NCBI GenBank assembly: GCA_002633005.1
Contig: NMRA01000611.1
Coordinates: 32,674-96,673 of the forward strand
Length of the DNA stretch: 64,000 nucleotides
Direction: 5' to 3'
Source: Phoronis australis
Taxonomy: Eukaryota > Animalia > Phoronida
A model generated the notes under the pieces. The model was not told where the DNA came from and searched no databases. It worked only from the letters and a program-made list of their open reading frames with translations. This document shows positions 36,601 through 49,024 of the stretch, piece by piece (position 1 is the first letter of the stretch; the number at the start of each line of letters is the position of its first letter). The position numbers and the translations under genes are program-made.

Positions 36601-36869
36601 GTTGTTGTTGTTAACGTTGTTGTAGTAGAAAGTTGTTGTGTAGTCACAGTCTTTGTGGACATGATTGTTGACAACTCTAATGCTGTTGTTGGTTGTGTGC
36701 TTTGAAACAATGTCGAGGATTTATCCTGCTGAGCTCCTGTTGAGCTGCTAACATTCATGGTTGTGGGTGAATTAGTGCCTTCAGGTGGAGCAGGTGTCAC
36801 AAAAGACACCAGAACAAACAACAAAGCAAAGAGAATAACAAGGTCTGATTGCAAGCGCGGAGTGCCCAT
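33682..36869 (-). CDS. Mucin-like type I membrane protein (signal peptide, Ser/Thr-rich stalk, TM, basic stop-transfer); exons 36401-36869, 34488-34531, 33682-33819; last exon(s) not resolved
   Basis: MGTPRLQSDLVILFALLFVLVSFVTPAPP + poly-Thr tract; phase-consistent GT-AG junctions giving ..SSTSP|GQSSDDTFNIFKIFE|GHDTVTVVAVPVVLSLLGVFCITAVACWVKKCRR..FKLLR. Confidence 0.8.
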
Positions 36870-38975
36870 CTTGGTTATTTTCATCTGACCCTCAAACATT
36901 TGTAACTGCAACAAAAGAAGAGTAAGAGCATCACAAAACATCAAATCAAGTCAGTTTTCATAATCAGGCCTTTCCGTGGTTAAAGCTGCGTTTCATCCTG
37001 CTTACCTGGCTAAAAACAAAAAAAACGAATTAGGAACATTTTACTCTGCTAAACCTGGGTCTCCCATATTCCTTACAATGATAGGATTCTATTCTCCTTG
37101 TCAACAAGAACATCGAAATCAACAGCGACTCGAGAAGATGCTTCAGATTTTATTGGGGTTGGCGAATCCTAAAATTGCAAACTCAAAAATGCCGCATGCA
37201 CACATCACCTATGACTTGGGTTAGTAATGGAAATGGAATCCTATCACAGTAAAGGGTCTGTATCACGGGAGAGAATTTAAGAACGTAAAAATTCTAACAA
37301 ATCTATTCGTGTTGGAACATTCTTGGCAATTTGATGCAAGATGTGAGCTTATCCTAATGATGAATGACTAAGAGTTACATGGTGTTAAAATCTGAGGATC
37401 ACAAAATGGGTGTTTATGTGGTGCACTGCTTCAGAAACACAGTTTTTATTTTTTAAAAAAACTAAAATTTAAAATTGTAGATAATTTCCTTGAGGTTGGT
37501 ATCTATAGGGTGAACACAATCTTGCAGTTATGTAATTGAGAAATTACTGTAAAATGTGTGTTCGGTATATATAGTGCACTGACAAACTTCATCTTCCTGT
37601 GTTGAATGAGCAGCTCACAGGTGTGTACCACACGCTGGCTCTGTTTCGTTAGGCTTGTGGGCTTCCTACTATGTGATACATTCACACTCTTTGTTTGTTT
37701 ACTCCTCTTCCTGCTGTCGCCGTGTATTTCACTGTGTATTTCGCTTCGTGTATGTTCATTCTACTTATTGCCTGATGATGACACATGCAGTCTTGAAATA
37801 TAGCTAGCGTTTTAATTCATTTGTTTGTTATGCCTCATGGTGTTTTGCTACAAAGCTGCACACCTGAAGAAAGAAGATTGTTGCGACACTTAGAGCGAAT
37901 CTGTATCGAGCTTTCAAACAAAAAGCTTAATTGTGTTTTCAATGAAGTTCCTTTTTTATAAATAGAAAAATGACTTTAAAATATACAAATGTGTACTACT
38001 AGTACTAGTAGGGGTAAGATGTTGTATTTTCCACCTAGGGCGAACACCACATATTTTTTGCCCCAATATTCCTATTTCCTGCTCCAATTCATTGTCCACA
38101 GAGTGCATCAGATTCTTTCTACATCTGGGCATTCACCTGTGTCTCCCATCTCATCATTCATTTGGTCTTGTGGCTGATCTCCCACAGGCAGGACTATGCA
38201 ATAGTCCCGGTTATGAATGACATTTGGTTCTTTATATTTTATGATAATAACAGTTACTAAGGTAAGACCTAGCTGTTAAGTCCAGGCCTACTCGCAGGCT
38301 CTCATGTGTCGGATTGTTTTTATTATGTTTGGAGACACTCTGTCTACTGTTTTTACCACTAGGTAATTGCTTTCTCTGTTCAGTGTGTGCTGGCATTCCA
38401 AAATCTTTTTTATTGGTTTTGTGTTGCTTAGCAATTGGTTTATCTTCTATCTTCCAATGGGAACAATCATGTTGTGTCTAAAAATTTGTTTTTGGTTGGA
38501 CAGGTAAACAAATATTTCTCAAGATGTTAATGCCCCGGTTGGCCTCACATGTTTTTAGGGAAGGGGAATATATTGCAATCATCAAGAACATTCATCCTTG
38601 ACCTTGACGCCGTTCTGTGATTGATCTGAATGCTGTTCCCTGTAGTATGTGAAATTTTAATACCCCACGCGGGCTCTCTCCCTCTCCCTCCCCCTTTCTG
38701 ACTGCTTCTTTCTGACTGCTGGCCTGTGTATGACTTTTTGTCGAGCTTCCACTCTAAAGTGACAACAAGTTAGCAGTTGATTTCTATGCGGCATCCTATG
38801 CCTGGTAAGTGGTATGGTGATTACTCAACTCTGACTGAGACTGAGTTCACTGGGACGGTCGGTGGTATCGGGTATGTCGCCGAGGCAAACCCCAGCAACA
38901 TAAGCCACGTGGAGACTTTCTTATAAGAAAATATTCCATAAAAGAATACTTCTCACGCAATTTCAACGCACTCAC

Positions 38976-39070
38976 CTCAACTTGTAATCTCGCAATCACG
39001 AATCAATGTCATCAGTGAACGACTCCGAGTCATTTCCGCAACTACGTGGTCTTTTCCGGTGTTATATGCG
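38976..39070 (-). promoter_or_regulatory. Probable non-coding first exon / promoter of the mucin-like gene
   Basis: Strong donor GAG|GTGAGT at 38976/38975; CCGGAA (Ets-like) motif and CpG-rich sequence at 39030-39400; acceptor before the coding exon at 36905. Confidence 0.5.
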
Positions 39071-39734
39071 ATTTCACGACATTGGACCAACTGAAACCAG
39101 TGTTCGACTCGTTTAATGATACAAGTTTCAGGAAGCACTGGCTCACAGTCCAATCACTCCGGTGAAATCGAACGCAAATTTATCGGTTTTGACGTTTTCC
39201 ATTCAACTTTTGTATGATTCGAAGAGCAGAATGCTAACAATGAATACACTTTTCGCCTTCTAGTCCAACGTTCGCTTGCATGTCCGCAGTTGTGGGCGGT
39301 CCGCCGGTCCCGCTGATCGACGCCCGTCCCGTTTTTAGGCCCGGAGCAGTTGGTTTTTTGGATTGAGGCCGGACTTTCATGAAGCTTGGCGATCAGGGAA
39401 GACGACACGCCTTTCCATTTTTGACAGATTTGTTATATTCTGTGTCACCAAATGACCATTTTCATTGGCGTGCGCCTTAGTCTGCCTCCGTTGGCAGATG
39501 TGTTTCATGGGTACCTGTCCAAGTTAGATTTTCGGACGCGTTCGTTTACGGGCGCAGCCGGTGCTCTCATTTTCTCATAATGTCTTAGGGCGTGGAGAAT
39601 AAATGTAACATTACGTATTAACTCGCGATCTAGTATAAAGTCAACGGCTTGGCTCAGACTTTAGTTTCAGCTCAATGATGAATGCCAACTGAACCTACCC
39701 GGACTTCGATTGACCGGCATTCCTAAGAATGTAC

Positions 39735-39897
39735 GGGGGCGGATCCAGGATTTTGAGTTGGGGGGGGGGTTGCAGGGCAGAGTATTAGACAGGATTTTGC
39801 CCTTCAGACATTCGCACCCCCGAACTTCCCGCCAAATGGAATCTGGAAGTTTTAGGGCGGCCATGGCCCCGTTGGCCCCCCTATAAATCCGCCACTG
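39735..39897. mobile_element. Short non-autonomous DNA element (MITE)
   Basis: Termini GGGGGCGGATCCAG ... AAATCCGCCACTG are inverted copies; internal G/C runs. Confidence 0.6.
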
Positions 39898-40667
39898 GAA
39901 TGGGTGTTGATACGCTACAAAATGTAACAATTTCGTAAAACAAAACAACTGTTTCAACTCCAGACGAAAGGAGGTCCCAGGATCAGGTAAGTTTGTTACT
40001 ATCCAGGTTAACGCGTTCTTGCCATCTTTTGCTAGAGCTCATATAGGTCGGGAAAAAATCGGACCACAGCAAAAAAATTTTCACGGAGAATTCAATTTCG
40101 GAAGCCAATTTAATAAAAAAATTACTCGTTTTAGTCCTATTAGTTATATCACAAATAATGCCGCACTTGCCGATAGTTCTGAAATAATCACTTTTTTGAA
40201 GTTGGAGCACGTCTAAACAAGATTTTTTAAAAATCTCAACATCCTCACGTTCCCAAAAGTAGACCTACTCTACGTCCCTCAACTGCCGGCCTCAAGATGT
40301 TTCTCAAACACCGCGGGGTTGAATCTATAGGAACCCCTGTCTTTTGAAAAACTCGCTGTCCGTAATGGGAAGACTGGTGAAAATATTGAACCATAAATGA
40401 GATGCAAACATTATTTAAAACTCTTGGTCTACACCAACCTCTTCTCTATTTACATTGTCACGACGTTTCAGTGATTCTATTCTCCGCCGCCATCGTCATG
40501 TAATCCTGCTTTCTGAGAAGAACGAGCACGGATATTTGGTACATTCATCATGGTGTGATTTTTTGATTATATATTGTCCGAGGAAGGACTGGAACCCACT
40601 ACTCTTGGCAAAATATCAGTAGTTTCAGAAGTTGTCGTACGAGTGGGTTCAAATCCTTCCTCGGATA

Positions 40668-40670
40668 ATG

Positions 40671-40742
<72 letters not shown>
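40668..40742. repeat. (GT)n microsatellite
   Basis: About 36 GT units. Confidence 0.98.
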
Positions 40743-40744
<2 letters not shown>

Positions 40745-40748
40745 TCAN

Positions 40749-40870
40749 GGTAAGGCCGGGATTTTATGCGTGGTAAGGCCGGGATTTTATGCGTGGTAAG
40801 GCCGGGATTTTATGCGTGGTAAGGCCGGGATTTTATTCGTGGTAAAGGTCGGATTTTTATGCATGGTAAG
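40749..40870. repeat. 23-bp minisatellite GGTAAGGCCGGGATTTTATGCGT, about 5 copies
   Basis: Units start at 40749, 40772, 40795 and 40818, then degenerate; begins at an N join. Confidence 0.95.
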
Positions 40871-43371
40871 TTTTTTAGAGGTGGCACGGATGGTTTCTAA
40901 CTCTATAACATACTTTACTACTTTCAACCTGTTCAGTGCGGCAAAGGCTTTTCTTCTTTTTGGGCGCATTAAATTTTTTACACTAGAAATTGTACTGCAT
41001 GGAATCACCGGATGGGTGGGACGACCAAAGAGACGAGAGTATTCCAGAACTGCGGCAATGGGCAAGGGGCCGGGCATGGCGACGTCAGGTCAATATCACA
41101 AAGATTTACAGAATACATTTTCTGAAAACGCCAATAATTATAATTTGAGTGAAATATTTTGGGGGAAATTAGGCAGTGATTGAGACACTAATAGTTTTGG
41201 TTAGGGGTCTTACTTGGTGGACTGGTTAGCTACCACAAGCGATATGGGCACGCAGTGGTGGAAACCAGCTAGGCCTCGCAGTTCGTTCTCTCGCCAACCA
41301 TATACTGACATCACCATTAAAAAAATGATCACTTACAATAGGTAGGGCTGACTAGCACAGGATAAGGACAAGGTCAAGTTGCAAATTTTGGACCAGAAGA
41401 CTCCATTGACAGCGAAATTGGCACGCGTCTGAGGAGTTTTGATATGTATCTCACAGTAAATGTTATTTCCTAAAAGGTTCACCTGGCACAGAAGGCCACC
41501 GTTTGTACACTGAGTTCAATAACATTTGTAATCGATCTCATTTGCGTGAATATTAATATTCCATGTCAGAAGAGTGCTTTAAAAAACCCGCCTTACTTCG
41601 CTCAACAAAGACAACTTTTTGAGACAATGTTCTATGGTAATGGGAAAAGCTCCACAAAACTGCGCTAACATGTGGTTAATTTGTTCAGAAAAGTAGAGTG
41701 GTGCACGAATAAGCTCATTCAGATCCAATGACCACTGGATGCACACAGTTTTTCCAACCGAAATGTCAAGTTTCACTCTTGTGCTGTTTTTATAAGTACT
41801 TCCTTGGTTAGTGCTCCCCTTTTTCCACAGATAAGTACTGTGCAGGGTCAAATTGTCACAAAGTTCCAAATTGCCACTGCTTTAAAATCGTGCCAAGTAT
41901 GGTTGGGGCTGTAGGCCCAAATTGTCACAATAAAAGTAAAAAAAAAATTAATTTACGCTCAGCTGTAACAGTCGGCAATTCAAGAACTACAAAAATAAGA
42001 GGTTTAACATCGATATTTTATTTTGAACTCTTGAAAATCTATACGATCAACTGGAGACAGCATTTGTAAAAATGTTTTGTTTTATTTTAAAATCTCAGCA
42101 GCCCATACCCGGCCTCAAATTGTGGAGCATTCCGCTAATTGTGGGGTTAGGCGCATGCACCTGCATGTATGTGCGAGAGATCTGAGTTCAAAAAGCGGAT
42201 TATTTCGGAAAGAGAATAGAGGCATGCACTTATTTGTGGGTAGGAGCTTACGGTACTTTTCTTCCATTGTAGTTTTCCTCTGACGTTTGATGCGGACGCT
42301 ATGTAGATTTATTATTTTAAAGTATTTCGCGGTTTGGCTACATCACTTCGCCAGATTATCTAGGACAGAAGTAGACAAACTCAATCGGTAAGAACGAAGG
42401 CGGAAATAACACGGACTAAGCCTCTAACTGACTGTGTATATGCTAAAGCGATCCTTTGCACTTCAGTTGATTGGTTTTTCGCTTCTCCCGCCTGACATGT
42501 ACTTTTCAGTTTTTTATTTTCATACATATACGTTATTTGATAAACCACGTTTTTTGCTTTCAAAGAAATAAAAGCATCACGCAACTCGTTTTACGCTAGT
42601 TTAGTAATTTAGTTGTATTTAGAAGTAAGTTTAAAATTGTCGAATAAACTTTCTTCAACTGAATTTAGAAAACAATATGGCCGAACAACGAACACTTACT
42701 TTTGCAGAATTAAAAAAATAAACGAAAGAAAATATTCATTATTTGCACAGTTTGTATTGTACACCTCGTCATCAATAAACACATGATGGAATTTTAATCC
42801 TTTCTAAGAACTTAAGCCTACGCAAAGTGTATTGGTGCTTTATTCGGGAAATTGACTTGGCTTTTCGTTACCTATGGGCTTAACTTATTGTATCGTATTT
42901 CCATAAAAAAAATCGCAAAAATCACGATTTTTGAAATACTGAACTTATCCGTGAAATGCCTTTAAGACGTATAAATATTTTGATGACTCGTGTGAGTCGT
43001 CGCAGTTGTGAATATAATAGAAGGATTTTAACATTTTAGACCACGAAATTATACATTTGTTTTTCATGTATGTCTGACGAAAAATTCCTCATCCTCGGCT
43101 GTCGAGGACGAGTGCATGCCGTGCTACTTTACCGACGTGAAATTAACTTCACTTACTTACTCCCAAATCACCCCTGAGGAAAGATAAATGATTATAACAA
43201 AAAAGAACGTTAATCCTTTGCAATATGGGGATTTTTTTTCCTCAACTACTCAGTAGACCACATAAACCCAGGGCCTCGGTCTGTGGTTGACGCTTCAGCC
43301 ACAGTTGACGGTTTTGAAACAATGATGTGCACACAAAAAATCGACTACAACTACATCCGGGAATTTTTAAA

Positions 43372-46300
43372 ATGGCAGCGCCCGGGGTTAGTCACAGTGA
43401 TTTTCCCTCTGAGCTTCAAGAGAAATTAACAAATTTTGACGATTGTCTTTCAAAAGTAGAATCCGTCTTACTACCTGTTTTATCACAACCACGTAGTGAA
43501 ATCCATGAGAAGGTAATTCCAAGACAACCGATTAGTGTTTTATTTGTAGTGTAGTAATAGCCGAGATTACCCGACCCGGGGATCGAACCCGCGAACCCCA
43601 TAAAACCGGCAAGCGTGCTAACCATTCAGCTAATAGGCAATTGCCCGTTAGCGAGCAGCTAACAGTGGCTCAAATAATTCACCGGAAGCACATCTACAAC
43701 ATTCCCCCCTTTCCTACGGAACGGGCACGCGACAGGAAGGTGAACACTAGGATGTCTCGCATACAGGTCATCAACGTCCCTTGGTACCTTTACCACCACA
43801 ACACAGGTGAACACAAGGTCGTCTCTCATACAGGTCCTTGACTCCTGGAACCTTCCACGCGCGCTGTCCCGAGGTCCGTGGGTACTAGTTGGCAGTGCTT
43901 CATCGGTAGATCGTCCGTTTGCCGACTACGCCATTTGTAGTAATAGCCGAGATNNNNNNNNNNNNNNNNNNNNNNNNNNNNNNNNNNNNNNNNNNNNNNN
44001 NNNNNNNNNNNNNNNNNNNNNNNNNNNNNNNNNNNNNNNNNNNNNNNNNNNNNNNNNNNNNNNNNNNNNNNNNNNNNNNNNNNNNNNNNNNNNNNNNNNN
44101 NNNNNNNNNNNNNNNNNNNNNNNNNNNNNNNNNNNNNNNNNNNNNNNNNNNNNNNNNNNNNNNNNNNNNNNNNNNNNNNNNNNNNNNNNNNNNNNNNNNN
44201 NNNNNNNNNNNNNNNNNNNNNNNNNNNNNNNNNNNNNNNNNNNNNNNNNNNNNNNNNNNNNNNNNNNNNNNNNNNNNNNNNNNNNNNNNNNNNNNNNNNN
44301 NNNNNNNNNNNNNNNNNNNNNNNNNNNNNNNNNNNNNNNNNNNNNNNNNNNNNNNNNNNNNNNNNNNNNNNNNNNNNNNNNNNNNNNNNNNNNNNNNNNN
44401 NNNNNNNNNNNNNNNNNNNNNNNNNNNNNNNNNNNNNNNNNNNNNNNNNNNNNNNNNNNNNNNNNNNNNNNNNNNNNNNNNNNNNNNNNNNNNNNNNNNN
44501 NGAGCTGAAATTTGGCGACAAGGTGCCCGCGGCCATTACGTGGTTAGTCAGATTTCCGCGGTGTGGCGTATGGAGAAACATGGTGTCCGATATTTAGGTT
44601 CTCCGAAGGTTTGGTTGTTGTGTTTTTTGAAGATCAGTCGGAACATAAATGTGGCTTTCAGTGACAAGACATAGTAACAGAACAACTCCGTGAAGGTAAA
44701 TCTTTATTTCAGCAAAGAATTTACAACAATCCGTAATGTTTTCAATTAAATATAATGCAAAATGTGCCAAAACGTCCGATAATTAGGTCACTTGACTGTA
44801 CGCCATTTGTAGTAATAGCCCAGAACCAGCGACCCCCATAAAACCGGCAAGCGTGCTAACCATTCAGCTAATAGGCAATTGCCCGTTAGCGAGTAGCTAA
44901 CAGAGGCTCATATAATTCACCGGAAGCACATCTACAACATATTTATGGCCGACGCTATGATTTTTACTGTCTTTTACTCTCTACCTGGCCCGACCGGCTA
45001 TAAGTACTAGTAGAGACGGTGGAGCTCCTATAGGACCTTCATAAGCCGGAAGATTTTCGGCGAGTTGTACCTCACACTAACTAATACATCAAAGTCACGT
45101 TGTTATAAATACCTTTTGCGCATAGGGACACCTTGGCTTAGGAGGCTGTCGATGCATTTAATTCCTTCCAACTCGACGAAATACTCCCGCTATCAAACTT
45201 TTTCTTTGATACAGCTTTGCAGTAATGTGGGTTTTAAAAAGGACAAATAAAGTCTGGCACAAAATTATTGTCATTAAAAACTACACCCTTCTTTGAGTAA
45301 ACTAAATCATTTACGGGTCCGGTGAGAAAAATTGGCATTCTATCATTATTCTGCTGCTTAAGTTGTGGAGTAATCTTAGTTATGCGTCTGCTTTCGACAC
45401 CATGAAATGTAACATCACATGTTGCCTAATTTGTTTTCTAGTTATCTGTCCTCGACCAAGCCAGGTTGGATCTTGTTGAAGCATATTCCCTCAACTCTTT
45501 GTTCTGGAGTAAGTACTACATACTACATGTACTAGGCTGATTTTGCTGTCAAATTGTTCAGAGACATGAGCAGTTGTGTCCCTTGGCCAGACTCTCCTGT
45601 CGTCTGCAAATGAAAGTCAACGGCTTTTTCGCTATGCGGACACCGGTGACAGGGTGTAGATGAGGAACAATTCATTAATAGTTGTCCATTGAACAACAGC
45701 CTATGATATGATATGAAAGTAAGCCCTATACCTTTTGTTCAGTCAAATACAGACTTGAGATGATAGTGGGGTGCAGAGTTTGTACAGTAATTCCTTGCCT
45801 GTTGCTCACAATAGGGTAGACTGGTGAAATTTTATTTTGCAAGATTTTTCCACAAAAACAAAGATTAAGAAAATTTAAGAGCATTATTAGCTTGGTTTGC
45901 ACTGGTATCTTAAAGCAATATTTTTTAAAACCTTAGAAGAATGAAAAAGTGACAATTTTGGCGATTAGTTTTGTGTGAAATAGTGGAGAATAATTGTTCT
46001 GGTGAAATGTACTGGTCCCATATTGGGAACCAGGCCTTCATGCAGCGTACGTCCTGAGCGTCCATTTGGACGCCCTAGCACTAATGTAGACGCCCTGGCA
46101 AGGACGCCCAATGTATCATTTGGACGCCCTGTCAATCAGAATTTCTCCAGTTTGGACACCCACATTGAAAGATTACTAAGACTCCCAGTTAATCAAAGCC
46201 GGAAGTTGTCCCTTTCAACTCAGAAAGAAATATACAAAGTATTTAAAATGTTGCAATATTCAAACTATTTGGTAGACCTGTCAATCATTAGCACGTGGTT

Positions 46301-49024
46301 GGTTGCCAGAGTGTCTGCTTTCAATAGATTCACATGCCACTGCCATTCTGTACTTTATATAGGGACATGGACCTTGCTTAACTCCAAACTGGTGTTTCAG
46401 AGCTGTAATTTCATGTACTTCATCTTTTTTTAAAAATACCAAAAGCAAAATAAATGTCATTATTTCAATAATATGAGCCGCAAGAATATCCCCATTTAAA
46501 ATGTTTGATTTTTCGCCTGTTTCATGCTTTTCTATGTGCGTCTAAAATGGAGCAGCAGTGACACCTGTTGTCAAAATATAAACCAACATCATCTGTGCAT
46601 TTTTCTTTTGTTGGTAACTGTAGCTTTGATGACTCATTGTACAGAATATAAAGCTAGTGAAGTTGATATAATAAACTTTATAACAGAATTTGACTTGAGA
46701 TGACCAAAAACAGTGCACTCATCGTTCAACCAATATCTGTTATATCTGTAATACCCGTTTGGTAAGCTATTTGGCTGTTTTCGTAAATTTAAACATAAAA
46801 GTCTTGACCAACAGTATTTTAGTACTTAAAAAAGCCCAATACAAGGGAGCTGTTTTNGGGGTGGGGGGTAATGCAGCGTTGGAATCATGGATGCCCTGGA
46901 ATATTAGGAACCCCATTTTGGACACCCTATGTTCGAAATCCTAGATGAAGCCCTGTTGGGAACACAAGTTTCCTCACCTGGAAAAGGGTATTCAAGTCAG
47001 GTGAGCACAGTATTGTTTTAGTTTTGATAGCATGTGTGTGGCCAGTTCACGTGCTTCTTGATAAGGTATTTTTATAAATGAGAAAGAAACCACAGTACAC
47101 GAGAAAAGTATTCAGTCAAAATGACCCCAAATTCCCCGTCACGACGCCTGAGAGGAAGCACAATTTATCGTCCGAATAGTCTTCTCTCGTCACGGAGATG
47201 AAGGGTAATTAACAGGAAGTGGTTAAGTCATTCTGTAATTAGAGTTATGCTGCCTTGTTGTAGGAAATGTTGCAACTTCTAGTAAAGATAAAGAATTTAG
47301 CTCCTAAATTATAGTTTCAGATACAATGATTGCAGTGAGATACAAGCCACCACTAGACAAACTGGGTCTTGCTAGGGTTGGCTTCTAATTCGCTGCTGTC
47401 ATTGTATCTGTAACTATAATTTAAGAGTTTTCAAATATGCTCGAAACTTTAGAGGATTGACTATGTGTTATTGAAAATTTAAGTCACCTAGGAGCTGCTG
47501 TTAAAACATATCAAGCTATAGTATTTGGTATGCTTTTAATTGCTCTTGACATAGTTTTGTAGACATTATGCTGCCAACTCTTGCTTACAGTGTTCTCCAC
47601 AACCTGTTTTGACTCATCACAGTGTTTAGTTTGAATTCTGTCATGGCGAGTTGGGTAACTTGCGTAGAGTTTGAAAACCTATGCAACAAGTTCAAAGTAT
47701 TGGGAGATTATTCATTTCTTAAACAAATTAAGACATTTTGGATATTTGGTACTATTTCAATGCACTTCAAAGACGCACAGTGATGGACATGGGCTTTCAA
47801 ACACGTTGATGAATTTTGTAACAGTGTTCTCCACAACAGAAAATTCAAATTCATATGGAATTAGTAATTCCATATGAGTTTGAATTTTCTGTTGTGGGGA
47901 ACATTGGCTTGTGTGTGAATTTGTTTCTAAAGAAAATTGCACCTCTTGATTGTTCATTTTATAGTGTATCTGAACGTACTTGGTCAAAATCCCAAGGAAC
48001 ATCCAGTTAAACAAGAACTGGTGAGTTGAACCGTGGTACAGATGTCATGATTTGTAGAACAACAATGAGTTACCTTATATTTATGAATTTTACACGTCAT
48101 AATAAGTAAAGTAGTTATTGAAAAGTATAGTGTTCAGTAGATCTCATTAGATGTTTCCTCTCCAGCAACTATTAACCAATCTCATGTTAACACGCGCCTC
48201 TAAACGTTTTATTTACACTATGACAAATTAATCAAACAAAATATTTCTATAGCAAAAGTGAATGCGCTAAACTGTGTATTAAGTCATCTACCGATATCAG
48301 AAGAGTGTTGGTAGGGTCAGGGAAACCCTAATGAACTGAGCAAAGGTATATGCAACAACCGTCAGCTTCAAACTTGGGGAGGAAGCAGGTTGAAAGAACT
48401 ACACTGCAATTTTTTAATCCCTTTTCCCTTCAAAAGTCAACACATTAAGTTTATTACATCCCATTTCTGGCTTAATAGTTTTACCTGTGCCTTTTCAGGA
48501 TAGGATACGTAAGTACATGGATAGGCTGAAAGCTATCCAAGACAAGGAAAAGGCTCCTAAACTGGATGTGACAGCTAGCAAGAAGTTTGTCCGAAGCGCC
48601 CTCTGGCAGGCAGCACATAAAAAGTCAGAAAGTAGTCAAGGTATCAATCCACTCTCTATCTACAGTATGCTTTGCAATCAATTTCATTTCTCTGGTAAAT
48701 GGTATAGCAAATTCCTCAAGGAATTCATTCCCGATTCACATGAAATCAGAAGTTAAAAAATGTGTCTTTGCTTTAAAGTTTTAAATTAATCTATTCTAGA
48801 AACGGTGCTTCTGTGTAGTTAACTGGATTGTAATTTAAATAAAATTATTCCAATGGTTACAAAACATATCCAGTGAATCGGAATATTTTTGTTTCTTTAC
48901 AGAATCGGATTCGGGTCAAGAGACTCCAAGAAAGCCACCAGCCAAGAAACCCCGCACAGATTCACCAGTTAGCCAACAGCCTGCAGAAGGACGCAGAAAT
49001 AAAATGAAAAAAAAGAAGAGCTAG
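43372..49024 (+). CDS. C1D: Nuclear nucleic acid-binding protein C1D (Rrp47, exosome cofactor); exons 43372-43512, 45442-45508, 47965-48020, 48499-48640, 48903-49024
   Basis: Spliced protein MAAPG..FPSELQEKLTNF..|LSVLDQARLDLVEAYSLNSLFW|MYLNVLGQNPKEHPVKQEL|DRIRKYMDRLKAIQDKEKAPKLDVTASKKFVRSALW..| basic tail, stop TAG. All introns GT-AG and in phase; AATAAA at 49442. Confidence 0.95.
43545..44939 (-). mobile_element. TRIM (miniature LTR retrotransposon) with tRNA-like LTRs (Helenus-type) in C1D intron 1
   Basis: LTR 43545-43701, PPT 43702-43714 (GGAAAGGGGGGAA), ~220-bp non-coding interior, PBS TGGCGTAGTCGGC (43921-43933, tRNA-Ser), LTR start 43936, last LTR 44808-44939; 4-bp TSD TATT (43541-43544 / 44940-44943). 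Confidence 0.88.
43954..44501. other. Assembly gap
   Basis: Run of N. Confidence 1.
47301..47427. repeat. Imperfect ~127-bp palindrome (MITE-like) in C1D intron 2
   Basis: AAATTATAGTTTCAGATACAATGA... vs ...TCATTGTATCTGTAACTATAATTT; arms extend about 55-60 bp. Confidence 0.8.

Noticed and set aside
43570-43640. Genuine tRNA genes here and at 32670-32748, 60415-60496 and ~54325-54370
   Set aside because: A/B boxes are present, but I could not fold convincing acceptor and anticodon stems, and the first three lie inside repeats.
43807-44674. Three 233-251 aa ORFs in the ORF track
   Set aside because: They read through the N gap.
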